The notes under the pieces were generated by a model, which was not told where the DNA came from, did no database searches, and saw only the letters and a program-made list of their open reading frames with translations. A DNA stretch of 64,000 bases from Octopus bimaculoides (taxonomy: Eukaryota): assembly GCF_001194135.2 (NCBI RefSeq), contig NC_068990.1, positions 92,592,241 through 92,656,240 on the forward strand, in the 5' to 3' direction. Of the stretch, positions 1 through 14,908 are shown in pieces; the first letter of the stretch is position 1; each line of letters starts with the position of its first letter. The translations under genes were made by a program, and so were the position numbers.

Positions 1-84
1 ATATATAACAAAACTGTCCGATGAACGGGAACATAAAACTCAGAGTAACAGTTTTTTGTTATATTTCTGCTGCTTTTAAATAAA

Positions 85-119
<35 letters not shown>

Positions 120-269
120 CACACACATACTCTTCACGTTGACCCTCTTCTCCCTTCACCTCTGTTGTGTCTCACTGTTAAGACCCCTACTCTAAACACA
201 TTTTTATCCAATCCTTCCTCTCGAAACCTGCAACCTTCTGGAATTCCCTCACCATTCACATTTGATCAA

Positions 270-670
270 CAACAGCATCATCTCAGATATATGAACCATA
301 TATAGAGTGTAGAATACTCTTTTCGTATCATAGTTGTATTGTCTCAGATATGTGAACTGTACTCTAGTGTGCAATGTAGGATAGGATATTGGTACATAAC
401 AACTGTACTGTCCCAGATGTCAGCTGTACTCTAGTATCTAGTGTAGCTGATTTGGGATTATGGCAACTTACTGTTAAGCATATGTGATTTATACTCTAGT
501 TTAAAGTATTGTATATTTGTGTACAGCGAATGTAATATCTTAGATATGTTTGGAGTATAGAATACTTATGACTAATACAACAGTGCCCTCTTAGATAGCT
601 GAGCTGTACTCTCATGTGGGTGAAGTTGCATTTTGTAATGGATCAACAACTGTTCACATCTGAAATAGTT
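270..670. repeat. Degenerate tandem repeat, period about 50-67 bp
   Basis: Recurrent TCTCAGATATGTGAACTGTACTCTAGT-like unit at about 279, 342, 409, 474, 539 and 589. Confidence 0.6.
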
Positions 671-2939
671 TCTGAGATTGAAAAGGAAATTCAGTCTTTG
701 AGTTGTGTTGTTTATTAACTGTAGTCAGCTCCATAAGTGTAGAACTCTGGCATAGAGATAGCTATTTTAATATATTAATGTTTGTAATCTCATGTATCAT
801 ACACACACACACCTATATATTGTCAGGTTTGGTTGTCTTACAACACAGTGAGATAATCTGTGTGGTAACTCAGCTTACAGTCTGTTCAGTAATTCTCTCT
901 CCAGCTTCAGCCATTGACTCATCAAGCATGTGTGTGTGTTATATGTCTACATCACACACACACACACACATTTTAATGTTGATTTCTGCAGAAACAAATT
1001 CTTGTGGACTTGATCAAGGTAGAGTGAATGTAACTCTTCAGGATTTGCTGGATAAATTTCAAGGAATTAAGAAATGAAGAATGTTTTATGGCACATAAAG
1101 CATGTCTCAAAACAGATAAAACACAAATACGCAATCTTCAATATGTTCTCCACTACTTATGTTGGAATTGTGGACAGGAAATTTGAACTCTACTCACACA
1201 TCTTTTCAATTTACAAATTTTCATTTAATCACAGTAGAAGTATGTTATGTGTTGATTTAGTCCTTGAAAATACCATTTTGTCTGGAAGGCAGGATGACTC
1301 AGTGGATAAGGTATCAAACTGTCTGTTCAGAGGTTCAAATCTACCACAGGCTAATGGTTTACTTAAGACAGTATTGTGTTAATTCATCTACAAACCAAAA
1401 GTAGATACTGCACCATCTGGGTCTGTTAGCTGCAACGCACCAGCATCTTACTCAGAGGGAGAGAGACTTCTCTCAACTAGTTTACACCAAAAAACCAAAA
1501 AAAAATGAGGGCACTGATTCTTGAAGACATTCCGTCCATCAGTTGTTGGACTTTACATTTTCACAATCTTCTCTGTAGTTCTAACTCAATATGTTTCACT
1601 CTGTCACTTTAACTATAGTATATTGTGTTTCTGTATAATATTGCTCCCTAGACATGGTAGGGACACAAAGAAATGGTTGAAGACTGATATGTTGCCAGAA
1701 GTAATATTGAGCCAACAAAGAAATATTTATATAGTCAGTAGAAATACGTAAAAGCTCTCCCAAATCACTTCTTACCGTCTTTAAAAGTAAAAGGAAGGAA
1801 AGCTATTTTAGATAATGTACATGGTCCAAAGATATATTACAGATACATTATATTTATATAAAAAATGGATAGTCATGACTGAAACACTTTCGGTTAATGA
1901 TTAATAATTTATTGGATCAAAGCTGACCTAGGCCACAACAACAACAACAACCTCAAGTGATTTCTATTATAAAAGTAAAAGTTTCTCTCTAACATTTCTC
2001 TGCTAGAATAACACACATTTGTTTGGATATAGGCATGCTACCATTGCTAAGAACTTTGCTTTACAGCTTGGTGGTATTAGATTTGATCCCAGTGTGCAAT
2101 GGCACCTTGGTCAAGCATCTTCTACCATAATGTCAGCAGGTTGATCAAAGCTTTGTGAGTGAAATTTGACTGATGCAAACTATAGAAGCCTGGAAGAGAA
2201 ACTGATTATAATTTTGGGTCATAGAATTTATCCATTACCTGGTTATATATTATTATCTTGTCTTTTGTTCTTTTAGTAGTGTCAATTTGGAATATATAGG
2301 CCAGGTCTAAGGAAAAATGACATTTTGTGTGGAGAGGTGGAATGGCTAAGAGGTTAACTAATGTTGTGTGGTAGCATAACTAATTAAGGAAGTTAGCTTA
2401 AGTAAGTTGCATTTGGTTTTGTATCAGGATGGGGTACAATTGATACCCTTTTGAAGTGAGCAATCCACAGCAAATGCTCTGGGGCAAGAGCAAGCCACTA
2501 TAACCAGCATATGATGATGTTTGCTAGCAGTCTAAAAATATTGGTTGCCAGGAGACTAAGGGGGCTTGCCCGCAACTACAAGGGGGCCCGCCTACAACTA
2601 CAATGCTATCATTTAATTAAAAAAAATTTTTTTGTTAAAAGTATATTTTACATCTGTCTACAAATACAGCCAGGCTGAAATAATTAATGCATTCTTCCAG
2701 GAGTGAATAAAAAATTCTCAAACTTGAGGGGATGGGCCCCTTAGATACTAACATGGGCCTCCATATATGGATTCTAATGGTGCAGGGGCCCACTTACCAT
2801 TGGGCAACCTGGCAACCTGGCCAGTCCGCCACTGTTTGCTAGTATTCCACACTCAGATGGTGTCTTAGAAGACTTGGTGTAACTGAATGGCTTGTGAGAG
2901 CTGTGCCAGCCATATACAGTGATGCTGTTTGCTAAGTGA

Positions 2940-3520
2940 GGGTTCTGTAATGAATTTTAGTGTAGCCTAGATGTTCATCAAGGTTTGACTCTGCATCCGT
3001 TTCTGTTGGCTGTAGTTCTCCAGGCAATAACAAAAGAGTTTGAGACACGTTACCTGTGGGAATTCCTGTATGCTGACGACCATCTGTTGAAGAATGAAAG
3101 AAGAAATTCCAAATATGGGAACAAAACTTAGACTAATAAGGGCAAACCAAAAATCTAAAAGAGACAAAAGTTTTAGTTAGAAAGAAAGAAAATAGAACAC
3201 TACTGCCATCTGTAGGAAGTTGTTACACTAGATGTGCAGAACAAGAATAGGAAAGAATTCCTTGCACTGTACTACATTGTAAACTGTAAGTGCACAGTGG
3301 TGGAATCACAGGTAGACTGATGGAAAAGGGAGCCTTCCTATGTAGCAGATAGACAGGAGTTTATAATAAGAATGCCTTTGAAGTACATTCTTTCAAATGT
3401 TCGGTGTGGTTTCTGATAGTTCATGGCTTCTGTTACTTAGGTGACTTAATTAGCAATGAAAGAGGGAGTTGTGAAAGCATAGTAATTAGAGTAAGAATAA
3501 GGGGGCAAGTGAAATTTACT
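2940..3520 (+). mobile_element. Degenerate RTE-like RT fragments
   Basis: Around 2968-3082 the + frame reads DVHQGLTLHPFLLAVVLQAITKEFETRYLWEFLYADD (RT YADD); 3430-3510 resembles the F-YLG-I segment. Confidence 0.7.
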
Positions 3521-3529
3521 ATCATCACA

Positions 3530-3870
3530 GTTGATTGACTGTCATCATGATGGTTGACTAACTATCTTCACCATGGTTGATTGGCTGTCATCACAGTCAA
3601 TTTTACCTTCATTACAGTCGATTTTACTGTCATCACGTTTGTTTTGTTGTCATCATTACAGTTGATGGTTCAGTCACCAAAATTGATTTACTGTTAACCC
3701 TGTTGATTTTGCAGTCATTACAGTTGATTTGCTATCATCACTCTCTATTTACTGTCATCAAAGTTGGTATACTGTCATCACAAATGATTTACTGTTCTCA
3801 CAGAGGATTTTCTGTCATGAGATTTAATTTACTGAAATTACAACCCAGATTGTTGAGTTGCTGTTTTCTA
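3530..3870. repeat. Degenerate ~20-bp minisatellite (CAGTTGATTTACTGTCATCA-like)
   Basis: Repeated ttgatt...ctgtcatca units. Confidence 0.65.
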
Positions 3871-5163
3871 TCAAATTAATTAAACACATGTATTGAGGAC
3901 AAAAAAATAATTTTTTTGATGCCTAAGATTAATTTAATCAGATTTATGGCAACCACAGGTGAGAACTGTAAGCATGACTTTGTCTTATTAAAATTACTCA
4001 AACATAACTACATTATCACTAATGTAGCAAATGCAGAGATGGCTATTGTTTGAAGATGAAGTTCAATAAGACTGGAACATGTTAAAGTTTTGTCTTTATT
4101 TGCCAATATCAGATTAAATCAGTGTTAGCCAATAGGATAATAGCTACTTCCCCCCGTATAAGTATTATAATTTAGATTTTTTTGTATCCCTGTTTAATGT
4201 ATGAAGACTTAACTCAATTGTTAATTTTTATGTGGGTTAGCATCTTTCCATCATTATTTAAACTATAATCCCACTGTTATGTCACTGAAGGGAATATTAT
4301 GGTAAGGCTTACTATAAGTGCAGGTATGGCTCTGTGGTTAAAACATTCGCTTTGCGATTTCATGGTTTAGGGTTCAACCTCACTATGCTGCACAGTGTCT
4401 TCTTCAATAGCTTCTTCAGGCCAACCAAAACTTTGGGTGTGGATTTGACTGACAGAAACTGAAAGTAGCCTGTTTGTGTGTGCATATGTATGTATTTATG
4501 ACACCACATGTTAGTTGTGAGTGTCACCATCATGCAAATGGTATCTTTCATTTCCACTTTTCCATGGGAAACATGTCTGGTCACGGGCAAATATTACCTT
4601 ACCTTACAGATGAGTGTTGGTATCAGGAAAGGCACCCAGCTAGAGAAAATTCATCTCATCAAATTCCATCCAACCCACTGCAAGCATGGAAAAGTGGTTA
4701 AATGATGACATGTGCCTTTGTGTTTGTTCCTCCCACCCCCTCACTTAACAATCAGTGTTGGTCTGTTTATGTCCTCCCTAACTTAGCAGTTTAGCAAAAG
4801 ATACTGATAGAGTGAATACCAGGCTTAAAAAGAAATAAGCACTGAGGTTGATTTCTTTGACTAAAATCCTTGGAAGCAGTGCCCAAGCTTGGCCACAGTC
4901 CAAGAACTGAAATGCGTAAAAAATAAAAGATATGTTTTTAAAAATAAATACTCTTAAGTTCTGGAATAAATTCTACTGGAGACAACAGAATTCTTATGTA
5001 AAATACTACATTAGAAACCCCATATTTTGGTATCATAATTAAGGTAGCTGATAATAGTCAGGCGGTGTGCTTAGATTTTGTCGATGAACTTAATCACTTG
5101 GTAGACATTAAGCCTATCTCATCTCTCTCGCATAATGACCAGGGATGGAGTCATGTTTGTGTA

Positions 5164-5206
<43 letters not shown>

Positions 5207-5316
5207 ACACATACGTGTGTGTGTGTGTGTGTGTGTATTACTGTAAAGGCACCTGTTGATNNNNNNNNNNNNNNNNNNNNNNNNNNNNNNNNNNNNNNNN
5301 NNNNNNNNNNNNNNNN

Positions 5317-5356
<40 letters not shown>

Positions 5357-7121
5357 TATATATATTTATATATATGTCTTAAATACATAATACAGTTCTT
5401 TTAAGAATTTTGATGATATTCAACCAAATTGCTGAGGTATTTGTTCATAACATCACAGAGGATTTACATATAATTTGGATTCCTTCTGTAGAATTCAGAA
5501 TTTGTTTTTGTCTTTCTACATATGTCTGTATACGCATATGTACATTTGTGTGTATGTATGTATATTTTTGTATATGTATGTATATTTTTGTATATGTATG
5601 TATATACTACATGTGTGTATGTGCCTTCTATATATGCATGTATATGTGTGTGTGTGTGTGTGTGTATCCCTCCATATACTTCAGTCGATTTAAAATTATA
5701 TTTTAGATTAGATTATGTCTGTCGGTTGATGCTGAACAGCTCCATGTCTGCTGCTTCGGAGAGATATTTGCTGGATTAAAATGCAATAAATTATTTTTGC
5801 TGTAGAATTTAGTCTTTTATCAGGTGTATGAACTAGAATGCTCATACCTGCCGCATTTTGAATTGAAACAGCAACAGGCATAATAATAATAATGATAATA
5901 ATAATAATAATAATAATAATAAAGATAATAAATTCTAAGTGATGTTTATCCTGGCCATGACTGAATTCTAGTTGAGTCATCAGTTAGTTGTATATGTTTG
6001 GTTTGGAGTATTATTTTCTTCAATACTATTATAAATAGCAGTACCTATAGTTCATTTTAGAGAATGCTATCTCTCTCTCTCTCTCTCTCTCACTAGCTAC
6101 AGCAGCAGCAGTAGTAGAAGTAGCAGCATCATCTACAGTTTCCTCATGCTTTCCTTGCTACACTATATCATTAAACTACATTGATATTTAACTGATAGAT
6201 TTAACTTGTACTAACACCGTTTACCATTTTCCTGTATTATTGGTACCATTCCAGCTGCTCTCACTGCCTCATACCCTACTAATGAACCTTTGCATATTTC
6301 TTTCATTCCATATCTTTTTACCATCCACCCTGGAGATCCATATTTTCCCACCTCTGTATTTTCATTCTCTCTCTCACACACCATCTCTTTCTTTCTCCAT
6401 CTCTTTCTTTCTCCATTTCTTTCTCTCTCACACCATCTCTCTTTCTCCTCCCCCTCTCTCATTCATACCATATCCACTTTACTTTTCCTCTCTAGCTTTC
6501 ACTTGTCTTACTATCGTCTCTTCCTACCCTTTACCCTCTACTCTCTGATTCCCACCCTTCTCCATGCCTGCCTGGATTGACTCTCTTCAAAATCAATACA
6601 TGCAATCAATTTTTCTCTTGTTGCAGTAGCAACAATGAACTAGGTCAGTTGAAAGCTTACTACGACTACAGCTACCACCACCACTACTACTACTACCACT
6701 ACTTCTGCTGCTGCTGCTGCTGCTGTTCCTACTGCTTCTCCTGCTGCTGCTGCTGCTGCTGCTGCTTGTTCTTCTCTTCATCTCATAGTAGCTTAGAAAT
6801 GGTGGACAGTTTGAATGGTTATCACCACATCTACTGCAGCCAGTCCAGATGAAATGTTTAAACAACTCACATAAAATGCACACTGTATGAAAGTGTACGC
6901 TAGTCCCTACACTAAATGATCACTAATGGCTGTGTTACTTTTTTTTTTTTCTAAATAATATCATGTCACTATGTGCAAGTCCTCTCTAACAGCGTCTCTA
7001 TTGGTGCAGTATGTAATCTGAATAGATAAATAGCAAAACAAACACTGAAACACGGGAAGTGAAAGGTATCATTTCAGACAGGTTATTTCATCATATCAAT
7101 TATTACAATAAACCTATTCTG

Positions 7122-7199
<78 letters not shown>

Positions 7200-7507
7200 A
7201 TGCATGCATATGTGTATGTGTGATTTCTCAAACATTTCTAGCTGGCCAAGGTATTGTTTCATTGTACCAGTAATACGTCACTGTGTTGTCTAGAATCTGG
7301 TCATAACCTTGCATTCTCTGACATCTGAGAACTGATGTGACAATACTTTGATAAGATGACTTCACCTCCTTTAGGTTTAGTTTACATAGACATGTACGTG
7401 CATATTCATATTATTCTCTACCATTTAGTTGTGTGCATGTGTGTATATATTGATCTAGATAGATAGATAGCTACAGACACAGGTTTCTTTGTGTGTATAT
7501 ATCTATC

Positions 7508-7539
<32 letters not shown>

Positions 7540-7622
7540 TCTATCTTTCTATCTATTTGTGTATTATCTATCCATACAAATGCATATGTGTAATATATGT
7601 ATACATACATACATACACATGC

Positions 7623-7673
<51 letters not shown>

Positions 7674-8383
7674 CACACATACATATATGTGTATAATCTA
7701 CACTCATGTGATCAGCATCATTTCCACCATCTGTTTATTGCTGTATGTTATTCCACTGTTTGATCAGATATTACCAATATATTGGCATTGGTGACCCATC
7801 AAATTTTAGACCAACGAAGTGTTCTCGGCCAGCCTTGCCTTTTACTGTGCTCTTCTGTCATCTTCATATAACATGTTGCGCTGAGTTGGATGGCTCAACA
7901 TGACTAACTCTGGCTTCACAAGAAAAAAACAAAAAGACTCAGAATATCAGAATATTTTAATAGCTATCAGAATCTTTTTCAGTTTGTCTCAAGTAAAATT
8001 CTGAAAAAAAAAAAATGTAAAAAAAGCACAAATTGAAGATGTGAAGAATACGCAAAATGATGAGAAAGAATATCATTGTCAGAATAGTGTTAGAGATGAT
8101 ATAAGCTGATCCCTACCTTTTAAATAAAAATGTAAATATTGTTGGGTTGCGAAACTGGTTTCCATATGATCTGATCTTATTTGGTATGATAACCAGTGAG
8201 GCTTTGCTGAAGGTGGGACATTAGTTGAATAATAGCATGTCTGTGTGGTTAAGAAGTTTGCTTCCCAGTCATGAAGTTTCAGGTTAAATGGCACCTTAGA
8301 CAAGTGTCTTCTACAACAGTCCTGGGTTTGCCAAAGCCTTGTCACTGGATTTGGTAATGAAAACTGAAAGAAGTTTGTTGTAT

Positions 8384-8429
<46 letters not shown>

Positions 8430-11400
8430 CTGTGTATGTGTGTGTGTATACTTTTCTACTCTAGGCACAAGGCCTGGAATTTTTGGGGAGGGGGCCATTC
8501 GATTAGATCGACCCCAGTGCATGACTGGTACTTAATGGGTTAACTCACTTCAAATATTTCCATTCTATCTCAGTCTTGTGGAAGTTCCTTCTTGCACATC
8601 TTTCTTGCATCTGTAAACTTGCATCAAAATTTCATCCTTTTTTTTTTGTTATAGACACTAGTTTAATATCTATAAAGTTATTTTACTAAATTGTTCATCA
8701 TCATCATCATCATCATCGTTTAATGTCCGCTTTCCATGCTAGCATAGGTTGGACGATTTGACTGAGGACTGGCGAACCAGATGGCTGCACCAGGCTCCAA
8801 TCTGATTTGGCAGAGTTTCTACAGCTGGATGCCCTTCCTAACACCAACCACTCCAAGAGTGTAGTGGGTGCTTTTACATGCCACTGGCACGAGGGCCAGT
8901 CAGGCAGTACTGGCAACGACCACACTCAAAAAGGTGTTTTTTTACGTGCCACCTGTACGGGAGCCAGTCCAGTGGCACTGGCAACGACCTCGCTCGAATG
9001 ATTTTCTAACGTGCCACCAACACAAGTGCTAGAAGGCAACACTGGTAATGATTATGCTCAAATGGTGCTATTTACAGGCCACTAGCATGGAAACCAGACA
9101 GCTGGTATTTATAAAATTAATTAAAACAAGGACAGCATATTTCAACTGAAATATGCTAACAAAAGGATTAAAGGAACTTTAAAAGCATCAGTTCCATCAA
9201 TCTTAGACGGTCTATGAAGGCCAAGGATCCAGGCTCTTCTTCCACATCAAACTAATAAATTCAAGCTCCCTATATTCAATGTTAACACTAATTTAATATA
9301 TGCAAGGGGTATTAAAAAGTCAACCAGATATAATTATGCCATGAGGAAAAGACAAACTATTTTAATGATTTTGGCAAATATGGGAAAAAACTCCAGACAG
9401 GTTTTGGTCTTATTAGGACCTCATCAGGAATGAATACACTCCACCATATTTGCTAAAGTAATGATATTTATTAAATAAATATACAGTACCATATACAGCT
9501 TGGTTTAGAAAAATAGGGTTACTTGGAAAATAAATAAGTCTGGTAAATATTCTAGTAATACCAGGTTGAAGATGAAGTCTGCATAACATTTGTCTGATGA
9601 TTCAGGGTTCACACAGAGAGAGAGAGAGAGGAAATGTCTTGATTTTGAGTTAGATTTTGCTTGAACAGAGAGACACACTAAAGGGAAATGAGGACATCTT
9701 GTGAGATATCCTTTATGTGACTGTAGAACAGATCAAGCCATAAGTCACCTGCTGGTTTGTCCATTATTAGATTCTTCTTCTTGTTTGGATCGTTTGTCTG
9801 TGTGGTTAAGAAGTTTGCTTCCCATGTCAGCACTTTGGACAAATAGCTTCTATCATAGCCTGGGGCTGACCAAAGACTTATGAATGAATTCGGTAAACTG
9901 AAAAAGAAGCCTCTCGTATATACATTCTTGTATTCTTTCTTTTACTTGTTTCAGCTCTGGGACTGTAACCAGTGTGTGTGTGTGTGTGTGTACATCTACA
10001 TGGTGTTCTGTTGGCATTTCTCTTGTCAATAAATTACCCACTTGGCTCAGGTTTTTTGAAGCCATGTGTATTAAGAGATCTCTTACTTGAAAAATGGGTA
10101 ATGATTAGCAGCAGGATGGGCACCCAGCTGTAAAATAGTAACTCAAGAACATTTGTCTAAGCCAAGCTGACCAGCATGGAGAAACGTTAGTAAGATGAAT
10201 GCACAATTGTATAAGATAATATAAAAAAGTGAAAAGATTGGATGTAGATATGAAGTAATAAAAAGCCGATTGTGTCAAACCTGCCTTTTTCTTATTCTGA
10301 AGATACAACACTGAACATACGATAGTAACCCTGATAGAAACACTTTTATATCTGAATTCAAAGACCTTTATCATTGATTGGATTATTTTCACTCAAAATT
10401 CATGATTCATGGCCATATAAAACTATGGGTATGATGATTCTATTAAAAGTTTATTTTTCAAATTTACTGTAATTTCAGTAAGGTAAACAGAGATATTTCC
10501 AGATGTCTCTTCATTTCTGTTGTTCATGTACTGTGCCACCTGTTGCTTTAGTTCAAATCTAACCATTTGAAATCCATAACTTCTTACAGCTGTTCCTTAC
10601 CATGCTGTCTCAGTTCATTAATAGAAACTCATGTCTGCCTTTCTTAATCACTAAATCAAGTTTGCACTGGTTCTTTCAAAGCAAAAAGAAAAATTCTTTG
10701 AAATTTTTCTCAAACATCAAAATTCACAGACAGTGTAGTTGTGGTGTTCAACTGTTTCTATCAGTATTTGTTCTGTGTACAGAAATGCAATACTGTTTCT
10801 AGAAACATCAGAAGAAAAAAAAAATCTTGCTTATTTTATTGGCAAATTGTTGATAGGAAATCAATATTGAGTATGTATTGCAGTGTGTGGGCGTTGAGAA
10901 TGTATTGCGGTGTCAGGTTGATGTGCAGTAAATCACTACTTTAATTGTAACACATGTACAGAAATACATATGTTGTCTAACATTGACCCCTATTTTTAGT
11001 GTGTAGTGGGTCAGTTTTGTTGTTGAGCTGACCTAAATAATCTTATAAATGAATTTTAGTACTATGTCTCATGTAAATAACAATAACATAGCAATCGAAT
11101 TATGCTCCAACAATGAGACATTGACCAATTATTCTGCTTCTTCTGGAAGGAGTCTTGACTTTCATAGTCTCAATGCTAAACAATAAACATAGCAGAACTT
11201 TCCTTTACTAAATGGCATAAAATGCAACAAATAAATATATACTGAGTGTTGGTAGAAATATATGAAAGTTATTGATTTGAATTATTGCATATTTACCAAT
11301 ACTCTCGTGGTTCCTTTCAACATTTCCTTTTGTTACCAAAATCTTTAAAATATATTTTCATGCCCACCATATGACTGTTTTGTTCTAGCCGTGGCCATTC

Positions 11401-13173
11401 TGTCTTCTTTTCGAACTTATACTCATATTTATTTCCACAATATATTTTTGTTTCCTCTTCAAGACTGTAAGAAATTGTTTAAAGAATAGTTGCTTGTTGT
11501 TGCCTCCGAAAAGATGCTGACATGTGATGACTGTTGTGCCTTCACTTGGCATTGCCTTCACTCTGGCCATCGTTAGAGTTACAGACATACAAACTCAACT
11601 GGACCTTAGAGGAAAGGCAACAAACCCAAGCTGCATTATGGATTCTCTCTTGTTAACTCTTTTCATACCAATCTGTCCAACACTACTCCTGGTTCTCTGA
11701 TATGAACCTTCCCTTTTTAAGAGATCTAAATTAAAACCCTCCGTTAAAATTTCACATTTTTACTTCAGACACCAGCTTAATAGAAACAAACTAATTTTAC
11801 TAATATTTTTTCATTGTTTTCACAATTAATTGGAACAAAAGGTTGAACTACTTTATGCCAGAGCATGCAGAGTGATTGTCAACAAGATGAAGACTTAAAT
11901 ATCTGGAGTGTACTGGATCTGTGGATTATACTCAGATGTTTCACTAGCTTCCTATGTACAACAGAATTGACAAGAGATTATACTTGGTTTCCAACTTCCA
12001 AATCCACTCGTTGTGAGATTTACAAATAGTAATTTTCTAGTGTAAGGCAGTAATCCCTTATAGCTCATAGTTGGGCTTTGTAGAGGGTCAGAGAGCAAGA
12101 TCATGGCTGAAGTATTTTCTGGCCTAAAAGAGGAAGACCAGTGTTTTGCAGTGCCAATTTGTGTGTGAGAAGGATGTCATAGAAGGATTCTCAAATTCTC
12201 TATTTGCATTATAATTTACACATGGTTAATCAAGTTGTCCTCGACATAAATGAATTGATGCTTTATATAAAGGAGATGTGAGATGTATAATGATGACTTG
12301 GTTTTCATGTTGACTCCATACAGCAAAGGTCATAGTACAGTGGAAATTACCATTACCGTTTTAACATCCACTTTTCCATACTTGCATGGGTCAAATGGAG
12401 ATTTCTACAACTAGACACCCTTCCTGTAACCAACCCTCATTTGTTTACCTCAGGGTAATATTTCCCCTTGGTCAGACGTATTTTCCACAGAAAACTGGAT
12501 GCAAGCTACTTCACTTATATGATGGTGATGTAAAATCTGTTGAAGAATCTTAGGTAATAGCTACCATTACTCACAAGAAATAGAATCTCCTGCATTCATT
12601 TTAATTTCAACCAGATCTTCTCTTCATAAAGTGTTTGTCTTACAAGAATTATTATTTTTGTAAGGTATGTGTTTGTCTACCTCAACTTAACCTTGGTCTC
12701 TTTCTACCAAATACTTCAAATCTATATTCTCTTCACTGGCTCAGAAATCTCATTGCTTATATATACCTAATTATCCTACACAGGCATGTTAAATATTCAC
12801 ATGGTTGTAATATACATATGCTAATTATATATGTGCAGTTGTCATATACAAGTATGTTAAATATGTATCTAATTATCATATGCAAATATTACTATATACA
12901 TATTTAATAATACACGCATACTAATATTTACCTATTTGACATATACACACATAACAATATGTCTAGTTATCATAAATACATCCTAATATTTATCTTATTT
13001 AACATACATGTATAGCTGGTTATTATGCAAAGGCAGCTTAAATATACCACTTAGTTATTTTATACATACTTATTTAATACACATACTAATGTACACTAAG
13101 TTCTTGTAAACATTTTAATATATGTTTAGTTATTAAATACTCACATAATTATACCTACTTAACATATGCACAT

Positions 13174-13316
13174 AGGCACAGGCATGGCTGTGTGGTAAGT
13201 AGCTTGCTTCTCAACCACGTAGTTCCGGGTTCAGTCCCTTGCGTTGCATCTTGGGCAAGTGTTTTCTACTATAGCCTTGTGAGTGGATTTGGTAGATGGA
13301 AACTGAAAGAAGCTCG

Positions 13317-13370
<54 letters not shown>

Positions 13371-13590
13371 CGTGTGTGTGTGCATGTTTGTGTGTCTGTG
13401 TTTGTCCCCCTCAGCATCGCTTGACAACTGATGTCGGTGTGTTTTCGTCCCCATAACTTAGTGGTTCGGCAAAAGAGACCAATAGAATAAGTACTAGGTT
13501 TACAAAGAATAAGTCCTGAGGTAGATTTACTTGACTAAAGGCAGTGCTCCAGCATGGCCACAGTCAAATGACTGAAACGAGTAAAAGAAT
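13174..13590 (+). mobile_element. tRNA-derived SINE with internal (TA)n/(TG)n tract (abundant family)
   Basis: A-box-like GGCTGTGTGGTAAG, B-box-like GGTTCAGTCCC, CTTGGGCAAGTG core. Other copies near 4318, 8225, 17890, 23615, 32400, 38120 (-), 39400, 45285, 52500 (-), 58255 and 59895 (-). Confidence 0.85.
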
Positions 13591-14868
13591 ACATACATAT
13601 GCCTCATTATCTTCCCCATTTACTAATAAATACCTATGTCTGCAGATGTGTCTCCCTCTAATACATTCACAAACTGCTGGCAATCTGTGGAGAGCTTAGT
13701 AGCTGGGTACAGAGGACCAAGTAATGGGAGAGAGCCTGGCAATTATGTTGGGCCTCTCAGAAGTCACTTGTTTTGAACAAGTCAGATGACTCCTCAGATC
13801 TTTGAGCTTGCGTCTTTTAGCTACCCACCACTTACCAACCAGAGAGATTGCTTAGATTATCAGCAGGGAATTTAATTGGAGACACCTCTGTGCACTGTGT
13901 CACTATTCTTTGAACTGATTGTAGGAATGATATGCCATGATATATACGCATGGGAGATTCTTGAAAACATAGCTTCAATCTTTGGCATGTAAAAGGCACC
14001 ATTCAAGCGTGGTCGATGCCAGTGCCGCCTGACTGGCTTCCGTGCCAGTGGCATGTAAAAAGCACCCACTACACTCTCGGAGTGGTTGGTGTTAGGAAGG
14101 GCATCCAGTTGTAGAAACTTTGCCAGATCAGATTGGAGCCTGGTGTAGCCTTCTGGCTCACCAGTCCTCAGTCAAACCGACCGTCCAGCCCATGCCAGCA
14201 TGGAAAGCGGACGTTAAACGATGATGGTGATATATATATATATATATATATATAGAAAGAGAGAGAGGGAGAGGCAATTATGCAGATAAACAGCTTGGAG
14301 TTGATATACAAAATATGTGTGCATGCAAATAGTAAGAAAGCAAAGACTGAAGACTTTCAAACGATGAATATGTAAGTATAAACATATAGACATTTATATA
14401 TTAATAGATCAAATGTACACACAGACAAACGACAGAGAAAATTAATGGGGAGGGGGTAAGGTATTGCAAGTTCAACAGCTGTTGGACATGTAATACCTTA
14501 CTTCTTCCCCTTTAATTTTCTTTGTTGTTTATATTCTGTGTAAGTTTGGTCTATAAAAAACATAAAAATATCTGTATATTTATGCTTAAACATTCATTGA
14601 CTGGAAATTTTCAATCTTTCTTTCTGTTTATATGTTTCATCATCATCATCATCTTTTAACATTCACTCTCCATGCTGGCATGGGTTGACTGAGGTCTGGA
14701 GAGCGGCTGCACCTGGCTCCAATCTGATCTGGCAATGTTTCTACAGCTGGACGCCCTTCCTAATGCCAACCACTTCGAGAGTGTAGTGGATGCTTTTTAT
14801 GTGTCACCAGCACAGGAGCCAGTCAGACGGTCCTGGCATTGATCACATTCAGATGATGGTCTTGGCAT

Positions 14869-14908
<40 letters not shown>

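Noticed and set aside
992-1018. 27-nt ag/gt-bounded segment (ETNSCGLDQ) as an upstream DGK exon
   Set aside because: Weak donor (gtagag), no similarity to the expected C1a sequence, and it would split the C-x2-C zinc ligands.
5065-5779. ORFs rich in YI/CV/HT repeats (also 7491-7794, 13192-13431, 24812-25195, 32551-32784)
   Set aside because: Translations of (TA)n, (TG)n and (CA)n microsatellites, some spanning N gaps.
6577-6883. Poly-Cys/poly-Ser/poly-Ala ORFs as a low-complexity N-terminal exon
   Set aside because: (CTA/CTG)n simple repeat; no suitable start or splice context, and stops flank it in the Ala/Thr frame.
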